64,000 nucleotides of DNA from Eutreptiella sp. 'Long Island Sound 2002' (lineage: Eukaryota; Protista; Euglenida): assembly GCA_964036045.1 (NCBI GenBank), contig OZ038378.1:15934001-15998000 (forward strand), written 5' to 3'. The notes under the pieces are model-generated. The model did no database searches, was not told the DNA's origin, and saw only the letters and a program-made list of their open reading frames with translations. The position numbers and the translations under genes were made by a program. Of this stretch, positions 12,331 to 24,688 are shown one piece after another; the first letter of the stretch is position 1, and each line of letters begins with the position of its first letter.

Positions 12331-13290
12331 GAGCAGTGACTGGTATGCCGGTAACCAAATGAGCGGAATGTGTTTGGCTACGTGTGGATGTATGCACAAG
12401 TTATCATAAAAAACGTCTAACACTTTATGGACTGGTTTGGGCTGAAGCAACTTCAAGTTCTTGGGAATGAAATTGCCTTGCGTGTAGTCTCTTGCCCATG
12501 GTGGTCGTGGCCTCCATGCACTGGTACTTGGTGGGGGGGGTCTTAACATCATCCCCATCATTCTCATCATCAGAGCGTGGGCGAATGAAGAAGGCCTTCA
12601 TTGTGAGCTACCCCACTGCAGCAGCCCTTCGGGGGACCTTCGCGGTGTGCCTTGGCTTTGGACACGGCTCGGCCACCACCTTGAGTTTAGGAGGTGCTTC
12701 GGCAACGGGGGAAGCTGCCGGATGAAGAACTCAAGTTTTTGAGAGAGGGCACGAGGTGGATCTACCTGCCCACCCTTCATGTACTCCAACACCACAAACA
12801 GTTCCCCGTTCTCTGATGGTCCCTTCATTGTGGCATCAACACACTCACCGGTAGAACATGTGAAAATAACCGGACACCCAAGTTCAAAAAGAGAAGATTG
12901 CATGGTGAGCTGGTGCAAGAGGGAATATAGTGCACAAATATCCCCATAATCAGAGCTATGTGGGTTCAAGTGGGCAAACACTCACGACAATTGTGTCCAT
13001 GACTCAATGGGACCGGCAAATTTGTCATCAAACCTAGGTCTTATGTGGCTGCACAACGTTTGGTACCGAAGTAAATTAGGTACCAAATTAATGCGGTCAC
13101 TACGCCCGCTATAGCTTGGACAAGGGCGTAGGTTATATAGGGGGGCTAGGCTTCTAGATAAAGAGCTCATTTTCGGGCCCAAAAGAGCTCATCTCACCCC
13201 CCGCTAGGTCAAGATATACTTTATGCCATCGCATAACACCCCTCCCCCTCATTGGAGTGGGGCTTGCATACCTCTCCATTGGGGATTGTA

Positions 13291-14081
13291 CCCCCCCCCC
13301 CTTGCGCAAGCACGGCCTTGTCTAAGCACGAAGACCCCGTGTGACCGTTGTTTTGATGGGTTTTTCTGACCACGGTTTTTATGGTCAGAAATTCATTGTT
13401 TCGTGATTCTGCGCTGATTGTACAGAGAAAGAAGGGCTGGGTCATGTTTGTGATGATTCCTCTTGCTCACAACAACATTATGATTGGTACTGCAACCCAA
13501 TGGTAATTGTGTTGCTGTGGTTTTTAGCCATGAAAAATGTTGCTATCGCTAGCTTGGGTGTCACATACATCCGATCCACTCGTGAGCATGCACTTGCCAC
13601 CATCGTTGGTCCTTCTACGTGTGGAAATGACTTCATTCATTTGAAGTACATGAGGAATGGGCATCAGCTTGAGCATCATGCACCTTTTCACCAAAGATAT
13701 TGTTGATGACAGTTTTGTCCCCAAGAATAGGAAGCCTAAACCTATTTCCAAACCTGCAGCCAAGCGTGCTCCAAAGCCTGCCCCGAAGGGGAAACATGTG
13801 CAACTATTTAAGATGAAGCACAAGGTTGGAAAGGGTTTCTATTCCGTACCCGTTGATGGGCAGTAAGGACACGAGGACCATGCTGAATTTTGCCTACACG
13901 TTGTATTCTAGTGCCATGTTTCTGAGTGATGTGCTTGGTGTGGGGTACGGGCCGGTTTTCCAGTGTGCAGTGTCTCTTTGTGTTGCGCGTCGCGCGCAAG
14001 CACGGGCTTGTCTAAGCACGGCTACCCCGTGTGACCGTTGTTTTTCTAACCTTGGCCGTGCTTGCGCAAGGGGGGGGGGGG
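13291..14081 (+). mobile_element. Non-autonomous TA-flanked TIR element (Tc1/mariner-like target site), about 790 bp
   Basis: TA|(C)11ttgcgcaagcacggcc ... ggccgtgcttgcgcaag(G)n|TA. The subterminal repeat gcgcaagcacgg.cttgtctaagcacg...ccccgtgtgaccgttg occurs near both ends. Confidence 0.85.
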
Positions 14082-14659
14082 TACCAACGTTTCTTTTTGA
14101 AAGCCTCCGGGGTTCAAGAATAATATCACTGTGCAATGTGCGCACTGCACCCACACCCCTCTACAATTGACCATGTGTGTTTTGAAAACTTTCATCAAGC
14201 TACATGTGTGTGCGTGGTGGTTGGGGGGGGGGGGGGGCTAAATTCTCAAAAACGTTTTGGGACCACTTGGTGATAGGTGAAAACTTGCCATGCAACCCGC
14301 CCCTCCCCACATGCTTGGCATGGCTCTTTCATATTTCACGCTTTCAAAAAGGCACACAGGTCCTAGTGCTCCTTCTGCACTTGCTTGTACCACAAGCACT
14401 GAAAAGCAAAGTCTTCCACGAGCGGGGGCAACTTTGCAGCCCAGAAGGCCTTCCAATCATCCGTTGGGGACCTGTGCTGTACCTTGAGAGACGGTGCGAT
14501 GAGCGCCAAGGAAGATGACTTGCCCCAGCACCGTGACCACACTGCTCGTATAGACCACTGATTTGATGGGACAACTTTTTTTTCACGATGGCCCCCGTGT
14601 CTTGTACCACGTGTCTTACGAAGGCTGCTTGTCTTGAAGCCTGTTTGCACCCCCTGTTG

Positions 14660-17467
14660 GGACAGCCCCCTGTCTTGAAACCTGTCTACGCCACGTGTCT
14701 TGTATTAGCACCTGTGTTGGTTCCTCTCTTCCATTGCCATGCCAAAAGTGGACGACCTTGCAAAGGGGTGGATTGGCAGTGTGGGGTCCAAGACGGGGGC
14801 AGCAGTGGTTCATGCCGCCAAAATGCCCACACAATACATCCTTGCGAGGACGTGCAATGTGATGGTACCATGGCGGATGTCAAGATGCTGGTCGCGTTCA
14901 CCTCCCAGCGATCCCCAGGGTGCTTCAATGATGTGCTTCACGATATTTTGGAAGGGAACCCGAATCTGCAGCTGGTGGTGGTACGGCCCAATGGGGAGGA
15001 CCTGCAGCACCTGTTTGAGTACACCACCGCAACCGTCAATGGGGAGGGCCGCCAAGAGACGGTGTGCCTAGAGAACCTAGATGACGGGTGCCTGGACCTC
15101 TGCACGGATGCACCCCAAGGGGCCTCTCGGAAAAACACATCATGGCGAGGCCCTTTGCAGCACCGCCTTTGCTTGTCCATGGAAAAGGATCCAAGTTTGT
15201 CAAGTCCCGTGTATCCCCTCCGAAGTGACTCCCCTCACCAATGGAGTGAACACGGGCCGGGAACAACGTGCGCTGTGCTATGGGGGATACACCACAACAA
15301 CCCCATTACCATCCTTGAGGACTTGCCTGGTCTTTCGGCAGGTGTCCTTTACCACAACTTCGCGGGTTTGTCATCAAGGAGCTTGACAGGGTGCAAGCGT
15401 CCTTTGCGGGTGGCCAAAAGCAGCCCCACCCTTTGTTTGCCAAGTTGGTGCGCATTCCCAGTGAATCACCGGGGCATGTTCATCGTGCTGTTCAAAGACG
15501 CCTTGTTCATGACGATGGGATCTTCCTCACCTCCTACACTCTAATTGTTGGGTCGCACGCGGCGGATTGTGCGACCAACGGGTACTTCGTCCCATTCAGT
15601 TCTGGAGGTTTGCTACAGCCGTGGAACACGTTGCCATTCCCCACGGAGCCTAGCGAGTCGTTGGTTTGCCAATCCGACTGCAAGCGCAGTGGTATGTATG
15701 AGCCGTTGGTTCTCATTGTTATGGGCTTTGGGACACATCGTGTGACCCACCGTGCCGGGTATCCAATTTTGCCGCCCCTTGATTGCACCATGTTCCCTCC
15801 GCTTGACATTCTTGGTCAAGTGGGACCATGCAACAAGGTTGCAACATGAAGCCAAGCACCAGCAAATGGTCCCCGTGTACCCTGTGTCAAGAAGAGCTGG
15901 TGTGCCGCAGCTGTTCCCAAGCAAGTATATGTTGTGGGGTGTGCCGCACCAACCCAGATTGGCACTTGGAATTCAAGGCGAAGATGGTTATGTTGCCGCC
16001 TTGGAAACCCTTGAGGATTGTTTTTCCCGTGGGGTGATCCAGCCGTAGCACCGCGCCACACAATAATCCAAGAGGGGCGTTTGCGGGGGGGGGGGGGGGG
16101 CAGCCCGCCCCCTCACGGGAATTCCCGCTCATGTCGGGCGAGGAGACCACAGACCCGGTCCTGTGCGGCAGTGCAGTGGTCCGGACACCGTCGGATGCCG
16201 CGTGGGACTCGAAGGGGGCGACCGTGTACTACAAGAGAGCAGTCATCAACTTCTGCGACAGCGAGGGGCATCTCAAGCCGTGCGACGTGAAGATGCCCAT
16301 TGCGATCAACAGCCCTGCCTAGAACGGAAACGGTATGCGCGGAGCACTGGTGCGGTGCAAAACTCAGCCTCGCAGAGGTGGCAAGACGCAGATGAAGGAG
16401 CGATTCCTTGTGCAGGCCCCTTTGAACTACACATGAAACCACAGTCGTTGGACCTGCTTGTCAAAGTTCACAACCATTGGGGGGCAGCCAGTCGCGGACC
16501 ACGTGCGCCCCTATCCTACGACAGCGACCTATCTCGGTCTCTATTATGCCCCCTTGTCCTTACGTGCTCTCCCACTTTGGGCCTCAGTGGATGTTCTTCC
16601 GGCCATGGACGTGACCACCCCTATCACCCACCGAGTTCGCCGCTTCGTTCCGTTCGTGGGGAAGAAGGATGTGGGGTACAAGGATGTGGGGCAAAGGATG
16701 TGGGGCATAAGGACGTGGGGCAGAAGGATGCCGAGCGACAGTGCGGACCCACCACCACGATGCGTGAGGGGTGCCGCTTGCCCACGGGTGTGCGCGCGTG
16801 CTGGGTCCACACGTCTCTGTTCGAGCAACACGCCGTCATCCGTGTCCTCGATCCTACCGGTGAGCCGGTGTGGGCGGCCGTTCCCCGTGAGGCTGATGTG
16901 ACAGATTCGTCCGCGGGGCCTGTGCTGTTCACGCCGCGGGAGGGCGCTCACATCGTTGGAGAATGAGTTCCAGGCACGGGAACGAGAGGAGGTGCAAGTT
17001 AAGTCGGAGAAGTCGGAGGCCCAAGACACAGGGGACTCGGACTCGGATGTACATAGCCCGAAAAAGCGGAAAACCACCACGGGCCTCTTGGAGGAGCTAG
17101 TGTCGTCGGCACGGAGCGACGCAAGGGCAAAGCAATCACCGCGCCCTGAACTTTTGTCCTAAGTTGCCATCTGCAAGTGAGGAACGGGATTATAATGTCA
17201 CAATCAATGCGCCATGCAATGGAATGTCCGTAGCACTGATGACTGCCCTGATCACAATGGAGGAGGGGTGTATGCCACGGTAATGCAGGGCAGGGGGGGG
17301 GGGGGGCAAAGGTGTGGCTGTGCTACAGCAGCCGAGAACGAAGGGAGAGGGGGGGCTGATGGGATAGCACGACAAGATACCGAGACAGGGTACACGACAG
17401 GGGGTCTGTCTCAAGACAGGTTACCAAGACAGGTACTAAGACAGGTACTAAGATAGGGGGGCTGTCC
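14660..17467 (+). mobile_element. 2.8-kb segment bounded by about 27-bp imperfect inverted repeats, carrying unidentified frameshifted ORFs
   Basis: Left ggacagccccctgtcttgaaacctgtct versus reverse-complemented right ggacagccccctatcttagtacctgtct. No TSD recognised. ORFs at 14870-15544, 15391-15849, 16131-16322, 16458-16901 and 16956-17162. Confidence 0.45.
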
Positions 17468-17575
17468 AGCTACAAATCCCCTGTCGTTGGACCTATCTCA
17501 CCAATGTGTCATGGGACAGCTCCCTATCATGAACCCTGTCTTCGTAACCTGTCTTGAAACCTGGTTTGTGAGCAT
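17410..17575. repeat. Inverted repeat of agacagg/cctgtct units around a 45-bp spacer
   Basis: caagacaggttaccaagacagg...gatagggggctgtcc is complementary to ggacagctccctatc...cctgtcttcgtaacctgtcttg. Confidence 0.7.
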
Positions 17576-19424
17576 GGCTTTGGGTGTGGTGGATGGCTGC
17601 ATTGAGTTGCATTGTTGGTTGACAAGCAATGGCCTCTGGCAACCCGTCCCAGATTCTTGACACCCCGTGCTCTAGTGTCGCCAAGCTCCACTTGGCACCT
17701 AGTCGGACTTTGTCCAACTGATGGCGCCATGAGAGCTTGCGCATGCTGGAGAAAGCCGCTACGACAATTCTCCGGGAACCCACCCAGATCATCACCGACA
17801 CCAAGGGACACCACACCCTGCGGCTAGACGGGCAGTTTGAGGACTGCGATGAGAGTGAGGAGGAGGCTGTTTTTGTTGATGGGCCAGTTCCACTCACACA
17901 TGCTATGCTGCATATTCTGGTCTGTGAGTCTAAAGGAGTGTGTGTGGTGAAAACTATGCATGAAACCATGCGTGCTCTCTTCTTCCGAAGGATGAAAATT
18001 GTCCGCAATTGGGACAAACTCCTGAGGACATGTAGGAGGTCCACCCTACGACAATTGAGACTTCTGCAATACCTGTGCCCCCCAAAGCGAGGACGACTGA
18101 AATGTGACATGTGTTGCCACAAAGACATTCTCCAACAAGCCTTTGGCTGACAAATCCTCCTATTTGGCACAACGAAGTATGCATTTCCCACCAGTCACGC
18201 ACACCTGGGGCACGTGCCGGAAACTATGAGGTGCAGCCACATAGGATGAGGCCGACACCCCCCCCCTCCCAAAAGTGGTGTATTCCTCCACCATACCCCC
18301 TCACATCCTATGACTTTTAGGTACTAAAACATAGCAAGGGGGTGTCCCTTCTCCAACAAGAGCACATGGGTAAATACGGCATGCAGACACCTGAGGAAGC
18401 CGCGCATTCCTCAGGGCAATGATCATGCCCCATGATTCTCGTGAGCAATGGGTCACTATGCCGCGGGTTCCCCCAGTCCCTACTATTGTGCACATCCAGC
18501 AAGCGGTTGACTCACAACTGTCTTGGGCCGGGGTTTCTCAATAGGAATTGCCGAAATCCTTGCCTTTACTTATTTGTTGCTGCCGATTGGGGAGCAATTA
18601 CCCCATGGAAATATTTGGGCGGGATTTATGGACATTTACATGAAAAGATGTAAGTGGTTAAATGGTCACGCGTGAAGGAAAATAAATGCACACAGGGGTA
18701 AAGGGACCATGCAGCCGTTCCTCTGTCTCTGTCCCTTCGTGTTGACAGCATGTACACACCAACTATTCACGGCGTCTACAGACTGCACACAGGTCAACAT
18801 GCGCATGATGCCCCCAAATGCAACCAGTGTTTACAACCTGCGCACAGAGTCTACACACTGCACACAGGCACACGGACCTCTGCATCTCTATTCTAAAGGG
18901 GGCGCTTTAGCCCCCGCTAAATGGTGTCTCTTCACATCTACAACAATAGCAAAGGCTTGTGTTACGCATAAAGATGTACGTGACATCGCGACCCAATTCT
19001 TCTCTGGCCCCCATGGCTTCTGCCCTCACGCAGAACTGAGATGGGTGGGGAATGTGGGGTCCCAAAATGCACCTCAATGTCCACTCGGTCGGCACGGGCA
19101 GGTCTGTTCGCTGGAAGGCGGTAAGGCCTGGACCACAAGACCATAAAGACATTTTCTAGGATGTGAATCAAACCCTTAGAGCAACATGGAAATTGTGTAT
19201 ACAGGACTGCGTGACGGGTCGAGCCTCGGTTGTAGACCCAGCCACTTTCTGAGGGGAGGACACCTGCCGTGGGGTCTGCCCTCACCAACGGTGGTACCTG
19301 CTGCTTCCGCACACATCTCTGCAGGAGTTGCTATTTTGGGGTCACGGTTGGGGATTCGGAACGTGGATGCAGTAAGGCCCGTCGGTCGCACTCTCTCAGC
19401 CCCCTGACTCTGTCCCCTGTGGGC

Positions 19425-19802
19425 ATGCCCGGCGTGGAACAATACAAGAACTTGGTGAGTCAGGACATCGAGGAGACCGTTCGTGATAATGAGTGGCTCC
19501 GGGAGGAGATACGACAGGTCACACTGCAAAACGAAATGTTGCGGCAGCGCTTCACGGTCCTGAACAAGGCAGAGGACCGGCGCCGGACGCTGTCGCTCGG
19601 GCAGCTGCAACCCGCGCCTCCGGACGCACGGGGACTGTCAGATGCGTGGCGCCCCGACGTGCCACCGCAGAAGAGGGGCACGGGGCCGAGCAGCAGTTGG
19701 AAGGCGCTAGTGGCCGAAGAAGAGGTGCGTAGGCGGGAGTCAAGGTCTCGGGCAACGCGTTGGAATCCGAGCCTGGACCCCGAAGTACGCCACGGGCGGT
19801 GA
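19425..19802 (+). CDS. Hypothetical coiled-coil protein (125 aa), or first exon 19425-19724 of a longer gene
   Basis: Acceptor ctctctcAG at 19398-19399 precedes the ATG. GC3-rich codons. Heptad-like IEETVRDNEWLREEIRQVTLQNEMLRQRF. A phase-0 donor gag|GTGCGT follows 19724. Confidence 0.5.
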   Translation: MPGVEQYKNLVSQDIEETVRDNEWLREEIRQVTLQNEMLRQRFTVLNKAEDRRRTLSLGQLQPAPPDARGLSDAWRPDVPPQKRGTGPSSSWKALVAEEEVRRRESRSRATRWNPSLDPEVRHGR

Positions 19803-22800
19803 GGTGATGCCGCCCCAAGATCTCCCACAACGGAGCTTCTGTCGCCCGCACGCCAGACGGAGGTAGCCCTCATTTGTGGAACAAAAGACAACGGTATACC
19901 AACGCACATGCCTGTGGCCTATGCACGAGGATGTCGTTAGATATAACTCCAATTCGGGCTCCGGTTTGCCACTGCCGACAACGGAAAGACTGCAGTCGCC
20001 GGGAGGAAATTGTTGGGCTCGCAGGCCGAGTATGCGGAATGAAGCAGCGGTGGGAGAGCTGTGGTTATGGGCGTCCGAGCATCCGAGGGGGCTGTGATCG
20101 TCGTGCACGAATTGCTGCAGCGTTTGGGCCGGGCTGAACTACTGTCAGCCATCCCCCAACCGCCGTCCTCCGGCCGCCGTCGGTCCCGTCGCTTATTCCA
20201 ACGGAAGACTGCCATCGGCTTTACGCCGTAAGCCCAACATTGACATGCTTCCCGAGGGGTTGGAGGGGCGCACCTACCCCCCAGGCCCCCACCCCCATTT
20301 GCACAGTCGCCCAGGGGGCCGAGCACCGTCAGCTGCCTCAACAGTGCACGGCGCCAAAGGCGCCGAAGAAAAAGTGTCCTCTCACGGCAATGCAGTTGTA
20401 GTGGAGAGGTCAGGTTTGGGTCCGAGCGTATGCCCCGAGGGGGGGGGGGGGGGGGACTGTCTTTGGTGACGGTTCCGCCCGGGGGTGTGGGACACCGTCG
20501 CACGTTCTGGGGGTCTGTTCAAGGGGGCGGCAGGGGGCGGGATGTGAGGCCCGTGGGCTAAGTTTGGCATGCACTTCACGGACTGGTTTCGGTGCTCGGG
20601 CTCTAAGGGCTGAGGGTGAAGGCCCGCGAGCTGACACTGAAGGCCCAGACACCGCAAGTATTTTGAGCAACCCTCTTTCCGACTATGGCCCTAGTCCATC
20701 ACTGCCCCCTCGATCTGACCAGAGCTATCTCTATAGTGGCGGAGCCCCGTGTATATGATGGATCCCTTAGTTTACACCCGTGGCCCTGGTCTATGGCCAC
20801 AGCCCACTTGTATACCCCAACCATGTAGCCCAGGGATCAGTATTGAGCAGATGAGTTGGTGTGACCCCAAGCATCTGCGAGAGAAGGGGGCTATTGCGGG
20901 GCTATTGCACCGCAGCCTGCTGCACACTTCCTTCACGTTGGAATGTCGCCTCCCGTCTTTTGGGATGTGGCTGCAAGCGGGTGGCCGGCAGCACATCGTC
21001 CGGGAAAGATAGCCCCAGTGCAGGCCCATCCGGATGTGTTCACCGGCAGCTTTCTTCGCCAGTGTCGTCCAGCACCCCACGTCTGCCTGTCCACGTTCGG
21101 CTTGGATACTCCCGCCCCGTTGCATTTTCCTGTGCACCCTGTCCTTGCCACAATAACACATGAAGGCTACATGATGAAAGGCTGTGCATACCGCTGCAAT
21201 TCTTTAACAATGGAGACCGGGAAGATTCACGCAGGGGTATTTCCCACCTAACCTTCAGATATCGCTCACCACATCATTCTTGGTGACCGGTGATGTGGAG
21301 CATCCTGACACCCTTTTTGCAGGGCACATATGTTCATTGCCAAAACATCTCCTGCAGTCAGTTGGCCCCGCCTCAATGTGCACCACGCGTGCATAGTGCC
21401 AGGATTCCCTAGAGAAGCTACATACATGAGGAGACATAGTGGCGACATGGAGCATGGCAGTTGTGCGGCTTTTGCAATTTGAAGTGCACCTCAATCACAG
21501 GGCAATGCTTCGCCCTCTTTGTGATTAACAATGTTAAAGACACAGCACATATGGAAGCCTGAAAATGGGGTGCTGGTCGTGACAACAGTACCAAACTTTG
21601 AAATGCATGCACAACACACAATATGTGGGCTGGCTGCAAGGCCTTGGTTTTGGAGCACAAATATTCTGAAAGAGCTCGAAAGTATCGGAAGTTGAGGAAG
21701 CGGTTGGGTAGTGTTGAACGTGAGGGACACATTGATATTAGTGTATACCATGAGCCCCTAGTGCAGGCCGGGATGTAGTAAGGGTAGAAAGAAGCCACAC
21801 CAACACGTTGAACCACCTGCCTGCACTGCCGAGAGTGCGTCATGCTGCTTTTGATCCATGGTTGGTGACCTGCCTTTCCTGGATTGAAAAGTGGGAAATG
21901 GAATAGACAAGTAAAGCAGTGGTGGTAAAGGGCCTTGGCATCGTGGTAAGGGAGGTAAAGGAGGAAGAAGGAAGGATTTGAAAGCTGTGAGGACGCCCCC
22001 CATGGCCTCCTGGTCCCTTTGGCCAGAATCAAAGTGTCATGTAATTCCACAATTCAACAACAAATGTGGAGCATGTTACTTGAAATGCCTTATGTGATTA
22101 GGTGATTTCACCCGAAGTAGTCCTGCCTCACAGTTCCATGACCTGAAAATTGTGATTAAATGCAGATGCAAAGCACCAACCATTTTTAATCGAAGTATTT
22201 TCTATTGTATACTGATCCCATTCAAGCACCATCAAGGTACCCTGCATGCACTCTGGCAATTGTATGCCCGATTGAATCACCGAGAGGGTGGCGCCAATGT
22301 GTGTATTCTAACCCATGGTATGCACAGGGTCATGCCGATGGAACAATGCATGGATGGGTTCTATCAGAGAGTTGCACGACCATGTGCATATTTTAGCTAC
22401 ACCTAAGTTAGTTTTGTATCCGGGGGAAACGACATACCAACCGTATGGACCTTGGCCCTATGTTCCTCAGTCCATTTGGGCACAAGAGGAATCCTTTGCA
22501 AAGGAAGAAGAAAATGATGAGGGTGTTTGTTTCCAATCAGGTGTGCACACCATCTAGGTGATATATCTGAGTGTAGCTTTGCCACCAGAACATGTAGACA
22601 ATCTGTATGACATTGCAAGCTTTAGGTTGGGTGCCTAATTTGATTTGATTGTTTGTCGGTACAATGAAGTACAAGGTTGGCTATCACAGAATACTTCCCC
22701 TGTTCCCCTTGTATCTTGCCCTGTTTGGTTGGTGGTTTTGGGTGGGTTTCCGTTCTAGTGGGATTTACCACCCCACACAGTGCCAACACAGTGCACACAG

Positions 22801-23540
22801 TGCACAATGCCGTGCAAAATCATTGCCCTTGTTTGAATATCCAAGGATCTTGCTACAGAGCTCTTAGTACAAGCCCCCAAAAACGGGTGTGGTCTCCCAC
22901 TGTGGCCAACAGTGGGCTCGTCGTGCAGTGCTTGTCACAGGAGCTGGAGCCCCCAGCCAAACCTGCTGCCCAGCTTGCTCCCAAGGCAGCCAAACCCTGT
23001 GGCAAACCTTCAAACCAAGAGCGCAGCCAAACCCGCGGCCCACAGGTGGCAGCCAAGCCTGCAGCTGGAGAGCCCGTTTCAGTGGCCCCTGCTCTTCCAA
23101 GTCAAATACCCGCGCCAGAAAAAGTGGCACACAGAGCCTGTCTCTCACTAGAACGCGCATCCGAACAGGCAGTTTCCGGGTCATTTTGTAGATCATATGC
23201 CTTCGTGTGTGCATGTTTTGCTTCGTGCCACAGATCTGTTGTGTTTCCTCACGGGGCGGGGGAGGGGGGTCGTTTTGGCTATGTTCCCCCAGGGGTGTGG
23301 TGATACTGTTGCATGCAGGCGTCTACTGATTCGGGGGGGGGGGGGGGCACAAGGCCTCGGTATTAGGTTGTTTGCCTTTGCAGTGCCTATTGGCCTCTGG
23401 TCACAGCTCATTCTGACCCTCCTTGGGTCCGAACGTGTTTTGGTTGTGTCAACGGAGCCCCTGGATGACTTGTCCTGTTTGACTACTCCGGGGTTGGCTG
23501 TCCCGGAGACGGGCCGTTGCCCGTGCCGTTGACCAGGTGC

Positions 23541-24688
23541 CAGGGAACGTTTATAAGGAATTAAGATAACTTGGGGGGGGGGGGGGTCTGCGTGGGTGCC
23601 CCAGGATGGGTGGGTGGGTCAAAAGTCTGGGACCCTCCCAGTTTAGAATTGTACTCTGGGTGGGTGGGTCTGTAGTCTAGGACCCCCCGTTTAATGTTAG
23701 TCTGCAGGCTGATGGCGCTTTTTTTCAATTTCAAATGTGGGCAATCAGCTGAATGGGAAAAACATTCGAAGGATCTAGAATGTAGTACAATGGTAATGCA
23801 GTTGTCTATTGCTCCAGGGATCTGAGGATCAATTCCTGGTGAGGGAAACACTTTTGAGCTCCGCTTTTTTTGCAAGGTTGGGAGCAGCAGTGACATTGCA
23901 AGGTTGGGAGCAGCAGTGACAGGGGTTGCTTTGTGTGTACCTGCAGACTTGTGTATCTGCGGACCTCATTGTTTGATTTTGTTGCCATGCAGCAGCCTGG
24001 GAAGTACCGCTGTGGTTGTGGAGTACTCATATCCAATGTGGAAAAGGCTGAACGTGAGCACTGCAAAAGTGATCGACACCAAAAATGGTCGAAAAGCCAG
24101 CAGACTACAAAGACCCTTTCAGCATGGGCAGTGGATCCTGGTCTAATTCATAATGCTGCCCAAGCCATTGCCTCCCCAATGTGGAACAAGTGGTCTACGG
24201 CTGATCTGAAGGAGGTGGTAACGGCTGCAGCAGAGCAGAGGCCGTGATGTGTGCCTCTCCCATTTGCTGTTCGCATATTAGTAGCGACAGCGACAGCAGC
24301 CGCAACGACACTCAGGGTACCAATGGCAGTGACCGCTCAGAGACCGACGAACCACCCTGGGCCCCGCCTTCCCCAAGCCCAAGCCCAGGGAGCCCAGCTG
24401 GAAAGCGTCTCTAAAAATAAAAAAACACAGAAAATGCAGAAAACCCAGAAAAAATCAGAAAATTACAAACCCCCCCCCCAAAAAAGGCGGGACCATGTGC
24501 TTCGGCAGCTGTGGTAGCATCACCTCGGGTGGGGCTGGGGAGCCGTTCAACCCCGGGACAGCGCCTCAAACCCCCCCTCAAATGTTTATAAGAGTGGGGG
24601 GGGGGGGGTTCTGGTTGGATGGCTTGGTCTTGGGTGGGTGGGTGCCTCAAAACCCCAAAACGCCCCAGCCCCTTATAAATGTTCCCTG
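23541..24688 (+). mobile_element. hAT-type non-autonomous element, 1148 bp, 8-bp TSD ccaggtgc
   Basis: TIR cagggaacgtttataagg / ccttataaatgttccctg (17 of 18 match). Perfect TSD at 23533-23540 and 24689-24696. Confidence 0.92.

Noticed and set aside
21418-22050. 210-aa minus-strand ORF as a GIY-YIG or Penelope fragment
   Set aside because: Motif resemblance is too weak and no catalytic R/E spacing could be assigned.
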